Assembly: GCA_963669175.1 (NCBI GenBank) | Contig: OY769902.1 | Span: 3,008,001 to 3,072,000, forward strand | DNA length: 64,000 bases | Origin: a bacterium | GTDB lineage: Bacteria > Electryoneota > Electryoneia > Electryoneales > Electryoneaceae | Direction of reading: 5' to 3' | In this document: in pieces, positions 55,826 to 64,000 of the stretch | Position numbering within the stretch: position 1 is the first letter of the stretch | Layout: each line of letters begins with the position of its first letter | Position numbers and translations under genes: made by a program | The notes under the pieces: generated by a model | Seen by the model: only the letters and a program-made list of their open reading frames with translations | Database searches by the model: none | What the model was told of the DNA's origin: nothing

Positions 55826-56908
55826 ATGGCAACGACCGAGGTGTTTGCAGCAGGGAGTATGCTTCCGGAGGAGCAGGATGGACATCCGGTCCTTTACCTG
55901 ATCCTGGAAGGTGTGGTGCATCTGAAGCGAAAAAAATCAGATAGCCCGGGGTTCATTACTGTCCTGGTGCCTGGTGAAATCGTATACGCAGAACGAATCA
56001 AGAGTAAAAACAGCCTGGGAATTGATGCCGTTGCGCAGGATGACTGTAAGGTCAGGACCATACGTCTGGATGAACTGGATGTAGCCTTTGAAGAATCTCC
56101 GGACTGGATGCAGGACTGGATACAACGCCGTCTGACTATTGGCGGGCCTTTTTGTGTACGGAGTACGACAGCTCAGAGCAGGTTATACAGCATCAGTTCA
56201 ACCCTGCTGGCGTTGATGACAGCGTATAATACAGCCGGTGAGCAGGAGACGATCCTGAAATGCACCATGCCTGATATTGTAGAAGAGATGGGGAAAATCC
56301 TTGCCCCGATGATGGTAACTGTTCAAACCCTGCTGAAACAGTTTTCTTTCGTTGGATTGATTGATGTTCATGAAGGCGATTTATTGAATCCTACCGTGGT
56401 TATCCGGGACAGCAACCTGTTCAGGGGATACCTGCTGTATTTGCAGGTCTCGGCAGGATTGCCGGCCGGGGTGATGAAATACGAGAACAAGCTTCCCAAT
56501 GTCCAACTGAGCGCAAGCGCGAATACACTTCTGGACGCTATCATGGTTCACCCGGATTATGCCGGGAGATTGTTTGAACCGGATCGGTCCATTGTTCACC
56601 TTTCAGAAGCAAACCTGCAAAAGCTTTTCAAGCAGGCCGGTGGCGAAGAAGAGCTGTCCATGAATCAACTGGCGATCAAGGAACTGCAGCAGTTTGGTGT
56701 GTTACGTGTGTTAAAGGACTCACAGAAGCATACGGTATTTATCAATTTGCGGAATGCGTTACGTCTGAACCTTCAGCGTTCCGTAGACGAGAGCTTTCAT
56801 GATATTACCGAATTCCTTTGTGATCACATTGTTGAGTTGTTAGACCAGCGATCCGCATGTACCGACAGTGGCGCAGACAAGTTCGAGGAGACGAAGTACA
56901 TAGTATGA
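55826..56908 (+). CDS. Cyclic-nucleotide-binding (Crp/Fnr-like) domain protein with extended C-terminus
   Basis: LYLILEG.V, L.PGEI, A.A..DCKV cNMP-fold pattern; canonical binding Arg motif not evident. Confidence 0.6.
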   Translation: MATTEVFAAGSMLPEEQDGHPVLYLILEGVVHLKRKKSDSPGFITVLVPGEIVYAERIKSKNSLGIDAVAQDDCKVRTIRLDELDVAFEESPDWMQDWIQRRLTIGGPFCVRSTTAQSRLYSISSTLLALMTAYNTAGEQETILKCTMPDIVEEMGKILAPMMVTVQTLLKQFSFVGLIDVHEGDLLNPTVVIRDSNLFRGYLLYLQVSAGLPAGVMKYENKLPNVQLSASANTLLDAIMVHPDYAGRLFEPDRSIVHLSEANLQKLFKQAGGEEELSMNQLAIKELQQFGVLRVLKDSQKHTVFINLRNALRLNLQRSVDESFHDITEFLCDHIVELLDQRSACTDSGADKFEETKYIV

Positions 56909-58311
56909 GTGCGGAACAGATAAAGGAATTTTGCGGCGTCATGGGAGTCTGGGGTGACGACAACGCCGCTGAGATGGTGTTTCACGGGTTGTATTCACTT
57001 CAACATCGTGGCCAGGAATCGGCCGGGATTGTTGCATCGGATGGAAAGAACTTCCGTCATCGCCTCGGCATGGGAGTGCTTACAACCGTCTTCAATACAC
57101 CTGAGAAGATTCACGAGTTAGAAGGGCGTGCGGCTATCGGTCATACCCGGTATTCAACAACCGGCAGCTCGAGCCCCTTCAACATTCAGCCATTCTCTGT
57201 CATGCTGAGCGATGGACCGGTGGCGCTGGCACACAATGGAAACCTGGTGAACACCGGTCCTATCCATGACCGGCTTCAGGAACACGGCGCGATCTTCCAG
57301 AGCACAACTGACAGTGAAATCGTGATTCACCTGATGGCTCATTCCCATGAAAAGGGATTGACCAACAAGCTGATCGATGCGGTGAAGCAAGTTCAGGGCG
57401 CGTTCTCCATGGTCATGTTGACACGTGATGCCATGTATGCCATACGTGACCCGCATGGTTTCCGTCCCCTGTGCATCGGTGAGAAAAATGGTTCCATCGT
57501 GTTTGTCTCCGAATCCTGCGCGCTGGACTTGCTGGGATACGAATACGTACGGGATGTGGAACCCGGTGAGATTGTTGTTGCGGATAAGGATGGCTGGCGT
57601 GGCATCCGGTATGCTGATGAGATCGAACGCCATCACTGCATTTTCGAACTGATTTATTTCTCGCGCCCGGATAGCCGGATCTTCGGTGAATATGTCGATA
57701 AAAGCCGACGGAAAATGGGCAAGCAGCTTTATCGTGACCATCCGGCCGATGCTGATATTGTTATTTCCGTTCCCGACAGTTCCAATACTGCGGCCCTAGG
57801 CTACAGCCTTGAAAGCGGACTGCGGTTCGAGCTGGGATTGATTCGTAACCACTACGTAGGCCGTACCTTCATTCAGCCAACCCCGGCTATGCGTGAGATG
57901 GGTGTAAAGCTGAAATTCAACGCAGTCGGTGGGGTGTTGAAAGACAAGCGGGTAGTGGTAGTCGAGGACAGTATTGTGCGAGGCACTACCCTGCGCAAGC
58001 TTGCAGATTTGCTTCGCGCGCATGGCGCCAAAGAGGTGCATGTTCGGGTTTCATCGCCTCCGATCCGCTTCCCTTGTTATTATGGGATGGATTTCCCGAC
58101 TCGCGAAGAGCTGATCGCCCATGAACGCACAGTGGAAGACATACGCGAGCTTATCCATGTGGATACACTCGGCTACCTGTCGGTAGATGGTCTTCTGGAG
58201 AGTGTGCGTCGGAGTGAAGGCCAGGGATATTGTACGGCGTGTTTCACCGGAAATTATCCTGTGCCCATTGAAGAAGACCAGATGAACGGCAAAAGCCGTC
58301 ACGAGTGCTGA
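56905..58311 (+). CDS. purF: Amidophosphoribosyltransferase
   Basis: EFCGV, LQHRGQESAGI, GHTRYST, AHNGNL, VVEDSIVRGTT, CTACF.G.YP. Confidence 0.96.
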   Translation: MSAEQIKEFCGVMGVWGDDNAAEMVFHGLYSLQHRGQESAGIVASDGKNFRHRLGMGVLTTVFNTPEKIHELEGRAAIGHTRYSTTGSSSPFNIQPFSVMLSDGPVALAHNGNLVNTGPIHDRLQEHGAIFQSTTDSEIVIHLMAHSHEKGLTNKLIDAVKQVQGAFSMVMLTRDAMYAIRDPHGFRPLCIGEKNGSIVFVSESCALDLLGYEYVRDVEPGEIVVADKDGWRGIRYADEIERHHCIFELIYFSRPDSRIFGEYVDKSRRKMGKQLYRDHPADADIVISVPDSSNTAALGYSLESGLRFELGLIRNHYVGRTFIQPTPAMREMGVKLKFNAVGGVLKDKRVVVVEDSIVRGTTLRKLADLLRAHGAKEVHVRVSSPPIRFPCYYGMDFPTREELIAHERTVEDIRELIHVDTLGYLSVDGLLESVRRSEGQGYCTACFTGNYPVPIEEDQMNGKSRHEC

Positions 58312-58317
58312 CGGATC

Positions 58318-59259
58318 ATGCAGCCGAGACCACAGCAGTGGAGCGCCTGGACGATTCCCGATGCGTTTTTCGCGCTGAGACCGGTGTTGTGGTTTCCCGT
58401 TTGGACGGTAATCCTTGCAGGCACACGTGGTGAAGGCCTTTTTAAGGAATCCGGCTTGAGCGGTTGGCTGGTCGGTATCAGCCTGTCGCTGTTCATGGGG
58501 GCGGTATACCTCCAGAACCAGGTCAAAGACTTCGATACGGATAGAATAAACCGGAAACTGCCTTATTTGCACCGAGGGGCAGTATCGTTACGATTAGCGA
58601 ACTTTCTTTTTTATGGGCTGCTGCTGGTCAGCAGCCTTTTGCTCTTTGCAGCCGGTTACTGGATCCTGTTACTGATCGCAGCAGGCTTGGTTGTTGTAAC
58701 TGCGTTTCTCTACAACCTTGGAAAAATGGCACAGAAGAATAACGCACTTGGCAGTGTGCTGGTAACCGTAATTGCCGGTGCCGGACTATGGATACTGGGG
58801 CATTACCTGTCCGGAACGGAGCAGTTTCACTGGAGCAGCCCGACGGTTTACGGACTGGCGTTTGGTGCCGTGGGAATTCTGACCGGTATCCCGGATGAAG
58901 CGGGGGATAGGCGGACAGGCAAGCAGACGCTGGCGGTTGTGCTTGGGGCAAGGCGGGCCGCATGGATTGCAAGTTTTATATTGCTGAATGCCCTGGCGCT
59001 GGCTGTGCTTTTCAGTGACCTTGTCATGGCCATCTGCGCCGGAATTTCGTTGCCTTTATTCATATGGGCTGCGTTGTCCGGAAATCGGACTGCGGTTTTT
59101 GCTGCGATCAAGGGATCGGTCTTTCTACTGTCCATTTTGATTGCGATATTCTGGTATCCTGTTTATCTGATCTGGATTTTTGGGATCTTTGCGATAGCAA
59201 GGTTGTATCACAAGTACCGATTTAACCTTGCGTATCCTTCTTTTTCCTTGATGGATTGA
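58318..59259 (+). CDS. UbiA family prenyltransferase
   Basis: NQVKDFDTDRINRK and IPDEAGDRRTGKQTLAV.LG aspartate-rich motifs; multi-TM. Confidence 0.85.
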   Translation: MQPRPQQWSAWTIPDAFFALRPVLWFPVWTVILAGTRGEGLFKESGLSGWLVGISLSLFMGAVYLQNQVKDFDTDRINRKLPYLHRGAVSLRLANFLFYGLLLVSSLLLFAAGYWILLLIAAGLVVVTAFLYNLGKMAQKNNALGSVLVTVIAGAGLWILGHYLSGTEQFHWSSPTVYGLAFGAVGILTGIPDEAGDRRTGKQTLAVVLGARRAAWIASFILLNALALAVLFSDLVMAICAGISLPLFIWAALSGNRTAVFAAIKGSVFLLSILIAIFWYPVYLIWIFGIFAIARLYHKYRFNLAYPSFSLMD

Positions 59260-59266
59260 CAAGCTA

Positions 59267-59941
59267 ATGGGGAACAGGTTACCAAAAGAAGAACGCCGCC
59301 GTATTTCGCAGGCGGAGCGTCGCGCACGGTCTCACTTCAAGGGAGTCCGGCTCCGGGATATCTTTTTGCTTCCCAATTTGATCAGTGTGTCACGTTTCCT
59401 GTTTGCGTTACCGGCAATCTACCTGATCCTGTTTCACAGTTCGCCACGCAATGACCTGATCGCGGCAGCTCTGGTCGGGGCATCCCTGCTGACTGATGTG
59501 CTGGATGGTTTTGTTGCTCGCACCTTCAACATGATCAGCGACCTGGGCAAGATGCTGGACCCGGTAACTGACAAGGTGATTGTATTCCTGATAGCGGTAG
59601 CGCTGGCATTTGGTGATCGTGCGCCTTTATTGCCGGTCTGGTTGCTGGGCTTGATCATCATCAGGGATCTGGTCATCCTGATGCTGGCGGTTCGAGTGTT
59701 GCAGGAAGATAAGCACCTGTTCACCAGCAGTTGGTCAGGCAAAACGGTTACTTTTTTCCTCGGTGTAACCTTGCTGTTATACCTGCTGGCCTATTGGATG
59801 CCGGATTGGGTGACCGGGTACATTCAGTGGGCTCCCCGCATCGCTGCCGGATTGATCCTGCTTAATGCGGTAGATTACTTTGAGAAGTACTGGAGTGTTC
59901 GACATAAGCGGTACCTTGGAACAAACGAAAGATCTGAGTAA
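59267..59941 (+). CDS. CDP-alcohol phosphatidyltransferase (PgsA-like)
   Basis: PNLIS.SR, TDVLDGFVAR...SDLGKMLDPVTDK. Confidence 0.92.
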   Translation: MGNRLPKEERRRISQAERRARSHFKGVRLRDIFLLPNLISVSRFLFALPAIYLILFHSSPRNDLIAAALVGASLLTDVLDGFVARTFNMISDLGKMLDPVTDKVIVFLIAVALAFGDRAPLLPVWLLGLIIIRDLVILMLAVRVLQEDKHLFTSSWSGKTVTFFLGVTLLLYLLAYWMPDWVTGYIQWAPRIAAGLILLNAVDYFEKYWSVRHKRYLGTNERSE

Positions 59942-59945
59942 AACC

Positions 59946-61367
59946 ATGAGTTTACAGTTTTTCGATACACGCAAACGACAGAAACTTCCTTTTGAACCTA
60001 TCAATCCCGGTGAAGTTCGGATGTACAATTGCGGCCCGACAGTACATGATTTTGCCCATGTCGGGAATTTTCGCGCCTATGTGTTTGCGGATATGTTGCG
60101 CAGATGGCTTGAAGTGAGCGGTTTTACAGTCACACAAATTATGAATATCACCGACGTGGACGACAAGACCATCCGCAAATCGCAGGAACAGAAACGCTCT
60201 CTTAACGACTATACTGAAGCCTATACAACTGCGTTCTTTGATGACCTGGAGAAGCTGAACATCCAGCGGGCAGCGCTGTATCCGCGCGCTACCGAGCATG
60301 TCGCCGAGATGGTCGAGCTGATCAAGCAATTGATGGATCGTGGACACGCCTATCGCGCTGATGATGGCTCCATTTACTTCAGGGTTGAGTCGTACCCGGA
60401 ATATGGCCTGCTTTCCGGGAAACGATTGGATGATCTGCGTATCGGCGAACGTGTATCCAACGACGAATATGAGTCCAAGGATGACGTTCGTGACTTCGCC
60501 TTGTGGAAAGCATGGGATGAAGCGGATGGCGACGTCTACTGGGATACCGACCTGGGGAAGGGACGTCCGGGCTGGCATATCGAATGCTCCGCCATGTCCA
60601 GCAAATACCTTGGGCCGGAGTTCGATATTCATACCGGCGGTGTGGACAACATCTTCCCGCATCATGAGAATGAAATCGCGCAAAGCCGTTGCGGTACCGG
60701 CGCTGAATTTGCCCATCGCTGGATGCACTGCGAATACCTGCTGGTCGAAAATAAAAAGATGAGCAAGTCACTGGGGAATTTCTTCACCCTTCGTGATTTG
60801 TTGGAGCAGGGATATAAAGCGCGTGAAATCCGGTATATGCTGGCTTCGACACATTACCGCAGCAAATTGAATTTTACCATGGAAGGCTTGAAGGGTGCTA
60901 GGAAATCGCTGCAACGTCTGGATGAGTTTAAAGCGAGCTGGGAGAACTTCCCGGCCGGTGAACCGTCGTTCGAGATTGGTGAGGCTATTGACCGCGCCGA
61001 GGCTACCTTTGACTCGGCGATGAATGATGATCTGAATGTGAGCCAGGCGCTGGCGGCTGTGTATTCGCTGGTCAGGGTTATCAATTCACTTGCTGCCGAG
61101 AATCTTGCGACCAGCAGTGATCGCGCCAAACTGGAAGGCTTGTGGGATAAATGGGATCATGCACTTGGCTTCATGATGCCGCTGGCGGATGAGATGGAAG
61201 AATCAGAGGTTGATGAGGACTTTATTCAAGCGCAGATCGAGGCTCGTTTACAGGCACGCAAGGAAAAGAACTGGGCGGAAGCTGACAGAATCCGGGATGA
61301 GCTGGCCGAGAAGGGCATCCAGTTGAAGGACGGGCCGGGTGGCACTACATGGGAAATCATACGATGA
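59946..61367 (+). CDS. cysS: Cysteine--tRNA ligase
   Basis: YNCGPTV..AHVGN, NITDVDDK, DFALWK, GRPGWHIECSAM, FPHHENE, KMSKSLGNF. Confidence 0.97.
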   Translation: MSLQFFDTRKRQKLPFEPINPGEVRMYNCGPTVHDFAHVGNFRAYVFADMLRRWLEVSGFTVTQIMNITDVDDKTIRKSQEQKRSLNDYTEAYTTAFFDDLEKLNIQRAALYPRATEHVAEMVELIKQLMDRGHAYRADDGSIYFRVESYPEYGLLSGKRLDDLRIGERVSNDEYESKDDVRDFALWKAWDEADGDVYWDTDLGKGRPGWHIECSAMSSKYLGPEFDIHTGGVDNIFPHHENEIAQSRCGTGAEFAHRWMHCEYLLVENKKMSKSLGNFFTLRDLLEQGYKAREIRYMLASTHYRSKLNFTMEGLKGARKSLQRLDEFKASWENFPAGEPSFEIGEAIDRAEATFDSAMNDDLNVSQALAAVYSLVRVINSLAAENLATSSDRAKLEGLWDKWDHALGFMMPLADEMEESEVDEDFIQAQIEARLQARKEKNWAEADRIRDELAEKGIQLKDGPGGTTWEIIR

Positions 61368-62359
61368 AGTTTGCTGGACGAAATTTCGGCTGGGTGAAAA
61401 TTGTATTGACTGCAACGCTGATGCTCGCCATATCCGGAGCAATCATCAATTTCCAGGCGCTGGCCCAGGGGTTGGAAGACCTGTTCAACGAGGACACCTT
61501 GAGTCTCGGCTTTCGTTCATCCGATCAACCTGAAACCAGCAAACTACGCGATTGGGGAATCAACTACTTTGCCCTGCCGGTGGACAGTATCCCGGAAGGC
61601 GCTGCCTATTCTCCCGCCCCGGAAAGACTGCCGTTCGGGGTGGGGGAGCGTTTACGTTATCACATGGATTTTTCCTTTGTCCGTGCCGGGTACAGCGAGA
61701 TGTCCATCATTGATGTTGATTCCACTACCAATGTACCGTCCTATCGTTTTCGCAGTCGTGTGAGAAGCACGTCCACAATCGACTGGGTGTACAAGGTTCG
61801 TGATGTGGTTGAGGCGTGGTTTGCGCTTGACGGCCTGTATTCCACGCGCTATGAACGCCGAGTTCATGAAGGCAGCTACAACAGCATCAAGTTCTGCGAT
61901 TACAATTCCAACACCGGGTGGGTGTCCCTGTCGAATGAATTCGGCCCCAAGGGTATGTCCACATTCGACCCGTTCAGTCACAATATCATTTCCGGGTTAT
62001 ACTGGATTCGTTGCCAACCTTTCATCGAGGGCGTGGATATTCGCATTCCGGTGCATGATATCGACAAGCAGTATCCCCTGAGAGTTGTGGTGTATGGGAA
62101 AGAAAAGGTGGAGGTTCCGGCCGGAACATTCACTTGCTGGAAGGTTGAACCCATTGTCGAGTCTGAAGGCCTGTTTAATAAGGAAGGCCGCTTGTGGATC
62201 TGGTTCACCGATGACGAGAACCGTATCCCGGTGAAAATGAGCAGCGAGATACCTGTGGGCACTGTCGATGGCAACCTCGCATCGTATCGCCTTGGGCAAC
62301 CCTGGCAACCCGGTCTGGTAGTGCCGCGTGATGACTCCGATTCCAAGTGGGATTGGTAG
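61364..62359 (+). CDS. DUF3108 domain exported protein
   Basis: PF.VGE.L.Y, YKVRD, E.VEVPAGTF.C.KVEP, IWFTDDE.RIPV. Confidence 0.8.
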   Translation: MKFAGRNFGWVKIVLTATLMLAISGAIINFQALAQGLEDLFNEDTLSLGFRSSDQPETSKLRDWGINYFALPVDSIPEGAAYSPAPERLPFGVGERLRYHMDFSFVRAGYSEMSIIDVDSTTNVPSYRFRSRVRSTSTIDWVYKVRDVVEAWFALDGLYSTRYERRVHEGSYNSIKFCDYNSNTGWVSLSNEFGPKGMSTFDPFSHNIISGLYWIRCQPFIEGVDIRIPVHDIDKQYPLRVVVYGKEKVEVPAGTFTCWKVEPIVESEGLFNKEGRLWIWFTDDENRIPVKMSSEIPVGTVDGNLASYRLGQPWQPGLVVPRDDSDSKWDW

Positions 62360-62474
62360 AATCAACACTGCCAGATACCTCTCCTCAGAGAAACATTGTA
62401 ACCCAACCGCTAGCCATTCCGTCTCTTGAAAAACAAGACAGGGTAAGAGTATACCTTTGCAAGGAGAATGGACG

Positions 62475-63335
62475 ATGCTTCGATCCCGATTTTTCACCTT
62501 TTCCGGCGCGCTGTTGATCGTGGTCGGATTATCCTTATACGCTGTTGCCGACGACAATATTACCAAAACTTTCAGCGAACCACTTGGTGATGTGAAAGCT
62601 GCCGAAGTGCAGATCGAGCTTGGCTTGGCAGAGATTGACGTCGCACCCGGCCCTAAAGATGAACTGGCTTCTATCTCTGCGCAGTTTAATCCCGAATACA
62701 CTGAGCCTGTATTGGATGTGGAGAGGGATGGCGATAACGCCTATATCATGATCGAAGCCAAAGAGATCAAAAAACGTCGTGGTCTTGCCAGCAAAGACGT
62801 CGATGATGAGTACTCCATCACGTTAAATCCTGATATTCCAATTCAGTTGAGAGCTGAATTTGGGGTGTGTGAAACGGACGTTGATCTTTCGGGTATGACT
62901 ATTGAGAGGCTGGTTCTTGAATCCGGAGTGTCCGAAACGGATGTTGTCCTGAGCGCTCCGAACCAGACTCGCGCACGCCTTGTCAGGATCGAGACGGGAG
63001 TTTCCGAATTTAATTCCGAAGGATTTGGCTACCTGCATTTTGATCGGCTTGAATTTGATGGCGGTGTCGGCGCCAGTGTGCTGGATTTTCAGGGCTACCA
63101 GGGCGATGGAATTGTTGAAATTTCTGTCGGGCTTGGCGACTTGAATATTATAATTCCTGACAATGTTGGAGTTCGTCTCTATTATGAGAAAAGTTTCCTT
63201 GCAAGCGTGGACCTGAAGCGCTTTGACAGGGTTGGCAATGACAGCTATGAATCCGAAGATTATGACAAGAAGGAACACCACCTGGAGATCGATCTGGAAG
63301 TCGGTCTGGGCGCCGTTGATTTCAAATGGAAGTAA
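62475..63335 (+). CDS. Exported toast-rack/LiaF-like beta-helix repeat protein
   Basis: Signal peptide; repeated (E/D)xG(V/L)(S/G)E...DL units; YES.DYD. Confidence 0.7.
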   Translation: MLRSRFFTFSGALLIVVGLSLYAVADDNITKTFSEPLGDVKAAEVQIELGLAEIDVAPGPKDELASISAQFNPEYTEPVLDVERDGDNAYIMIEAKEIKKRRGLASKDVDDEYSITLNPDIPIQLRAEFGVCETDVDLSGMTIERLVLESGVSETDVVLSAPNQTRARLVRIETGVSEFNSEGFGYLHFDRLEFDGGVGASVLDFQGYQGDGIVEISVGLGDLNIIIPDNVGVRLYYEKSFLASVDLKRFDRVGNDSYESEDYDKKEHHLEIDLEVGLGAVDFKWK

Positions 63336-63358
63336 GGGGCAGTACTTGCGGTTGCAAA

Positions 63359-63403
63359 CCGTCAGGTCACACGCATGAAAAGCGTATGCGCAAGACCTGA
63401 CGG
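63359..63403. repeat. Family C REP hairpin flanked by a direct repeat of the upstream gene end
   Basis: ccgtcaggtc/gacctgacgg; tggaagtaagggg(g)ca at 63327-63341 and 63418-63433. Confidence 0.65.
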
Positions 63404-63462
63404 AACCCTGTCTGAAGTGGAAGTAAGGGGGCAACTGTAATTATTGATTCGGTGCAAAGACG

Positions 63463-63960
63463 AGCAGACCGGCTAACCCGAATATTTCACCAATGCAATT
63501 TCAAATTTGGTATTTGATGGAATGGCCAGTACAAGAACCACGGCAGTGGTTCTCTGTATTAGCCCACCGTCCAGCGCCGTCTGTTTGGCGCTCACGGTGG
63601 GAATAGGATGTACGCTACTTGCCAACCCCGGCAGCGGGTTGCCTGAATATTTCCACTGTATACTTTTGATAATTATCAGGTTACTCCTTCCGGAGTAAAT
63701 ATATGGTGCGCATTATCTCCCCGGGTAGCCGCCAAACTGACGGCGGCTGCCCGGGGCTAATACAGGTTGCCCCTGCCGGGGCGGTTGCCGATTCTCAGCC
63801 TATTTTGCCAGCGAAACAGGGAATAGACACGCAAAGGGATACCGGAGCAAACTGTCCCCTGAAAAATGCTGTATGAATCAGTTGTATTGTGTTGATATGA
63901 ACTGTGTTAAGATGAATATCCATGTTCCGTTCATGAAATATTCCGGCTAACCGGTCTGCT
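63463..63960. mobile_element. MITE-like element (27-bp imperfect TIRs) containing a nested REPIN (63535-63782)
   Basis: agcagaccggctaacccgaatatttca versus reverse complement of tgaaatattccggctaaccggtctgct (24/27); inner inverted units share ctgtattagccc..cgccgtc(t/a)gtttggcg..ggga. Confidence 0.6.
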
Positions 63961-64000
63961 TTTGTCTCGGGAGTTGGTTTGGGTGTCCTAACTCGTGTTG

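Overview
Bacterial chromosomal window, most likely from an FCB-superphylum organism. This is an inference from the YPNPFN-type C-terminal sorting domains, a PorV/PorQ-like barrel, a yggS-divIVA-ileS-lspA cluster and a short flagellin. The left half is accessory: an RND efflux operon whose permease is fused to TolC, then a four-gene envelope module (Omp85 barrel, kinase-fold lipoprotein, metallophosphoesterase lipoprotein, TLC/Npt-type nucleotide transporter) split by a composite tandem-repeat/REPIN spacer. It continues with TetR-methyltransferase, an ECF sigma/anti-sigma/Spy-like trio, an orphan sigma28-type flagellin, a 2899-aa acidic secreted multidomain protein and tRNA-Thr(CGT). The right half is mostly housekeeping: fabL-like SDR, rnhB, PNP, M1 peptidase, yggS, divIVA, ileS, lspA, TPM/NTase/lemA, pgi, purF, ubiA-like, pgsA-like and cysS. 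The best leads are: (1) the putative extracytoplasmic phosphorylation module at 5.8-12.3 kb; (2) a recurring E-L-D-E/D/T motif at pro-segment/domain boundaries of both CTD-bearing secreted proteins; (3) an unassigned 116-nt three-way-junction RNA upstream of the PorV-like gene; and (4) several distinct families of REP/REPIN/MITE-like palindromic elements. No CRISPR array, rRNA, transposase, integrase or phage gene was seen. All calls are by eye from motifs; no database searches were run.
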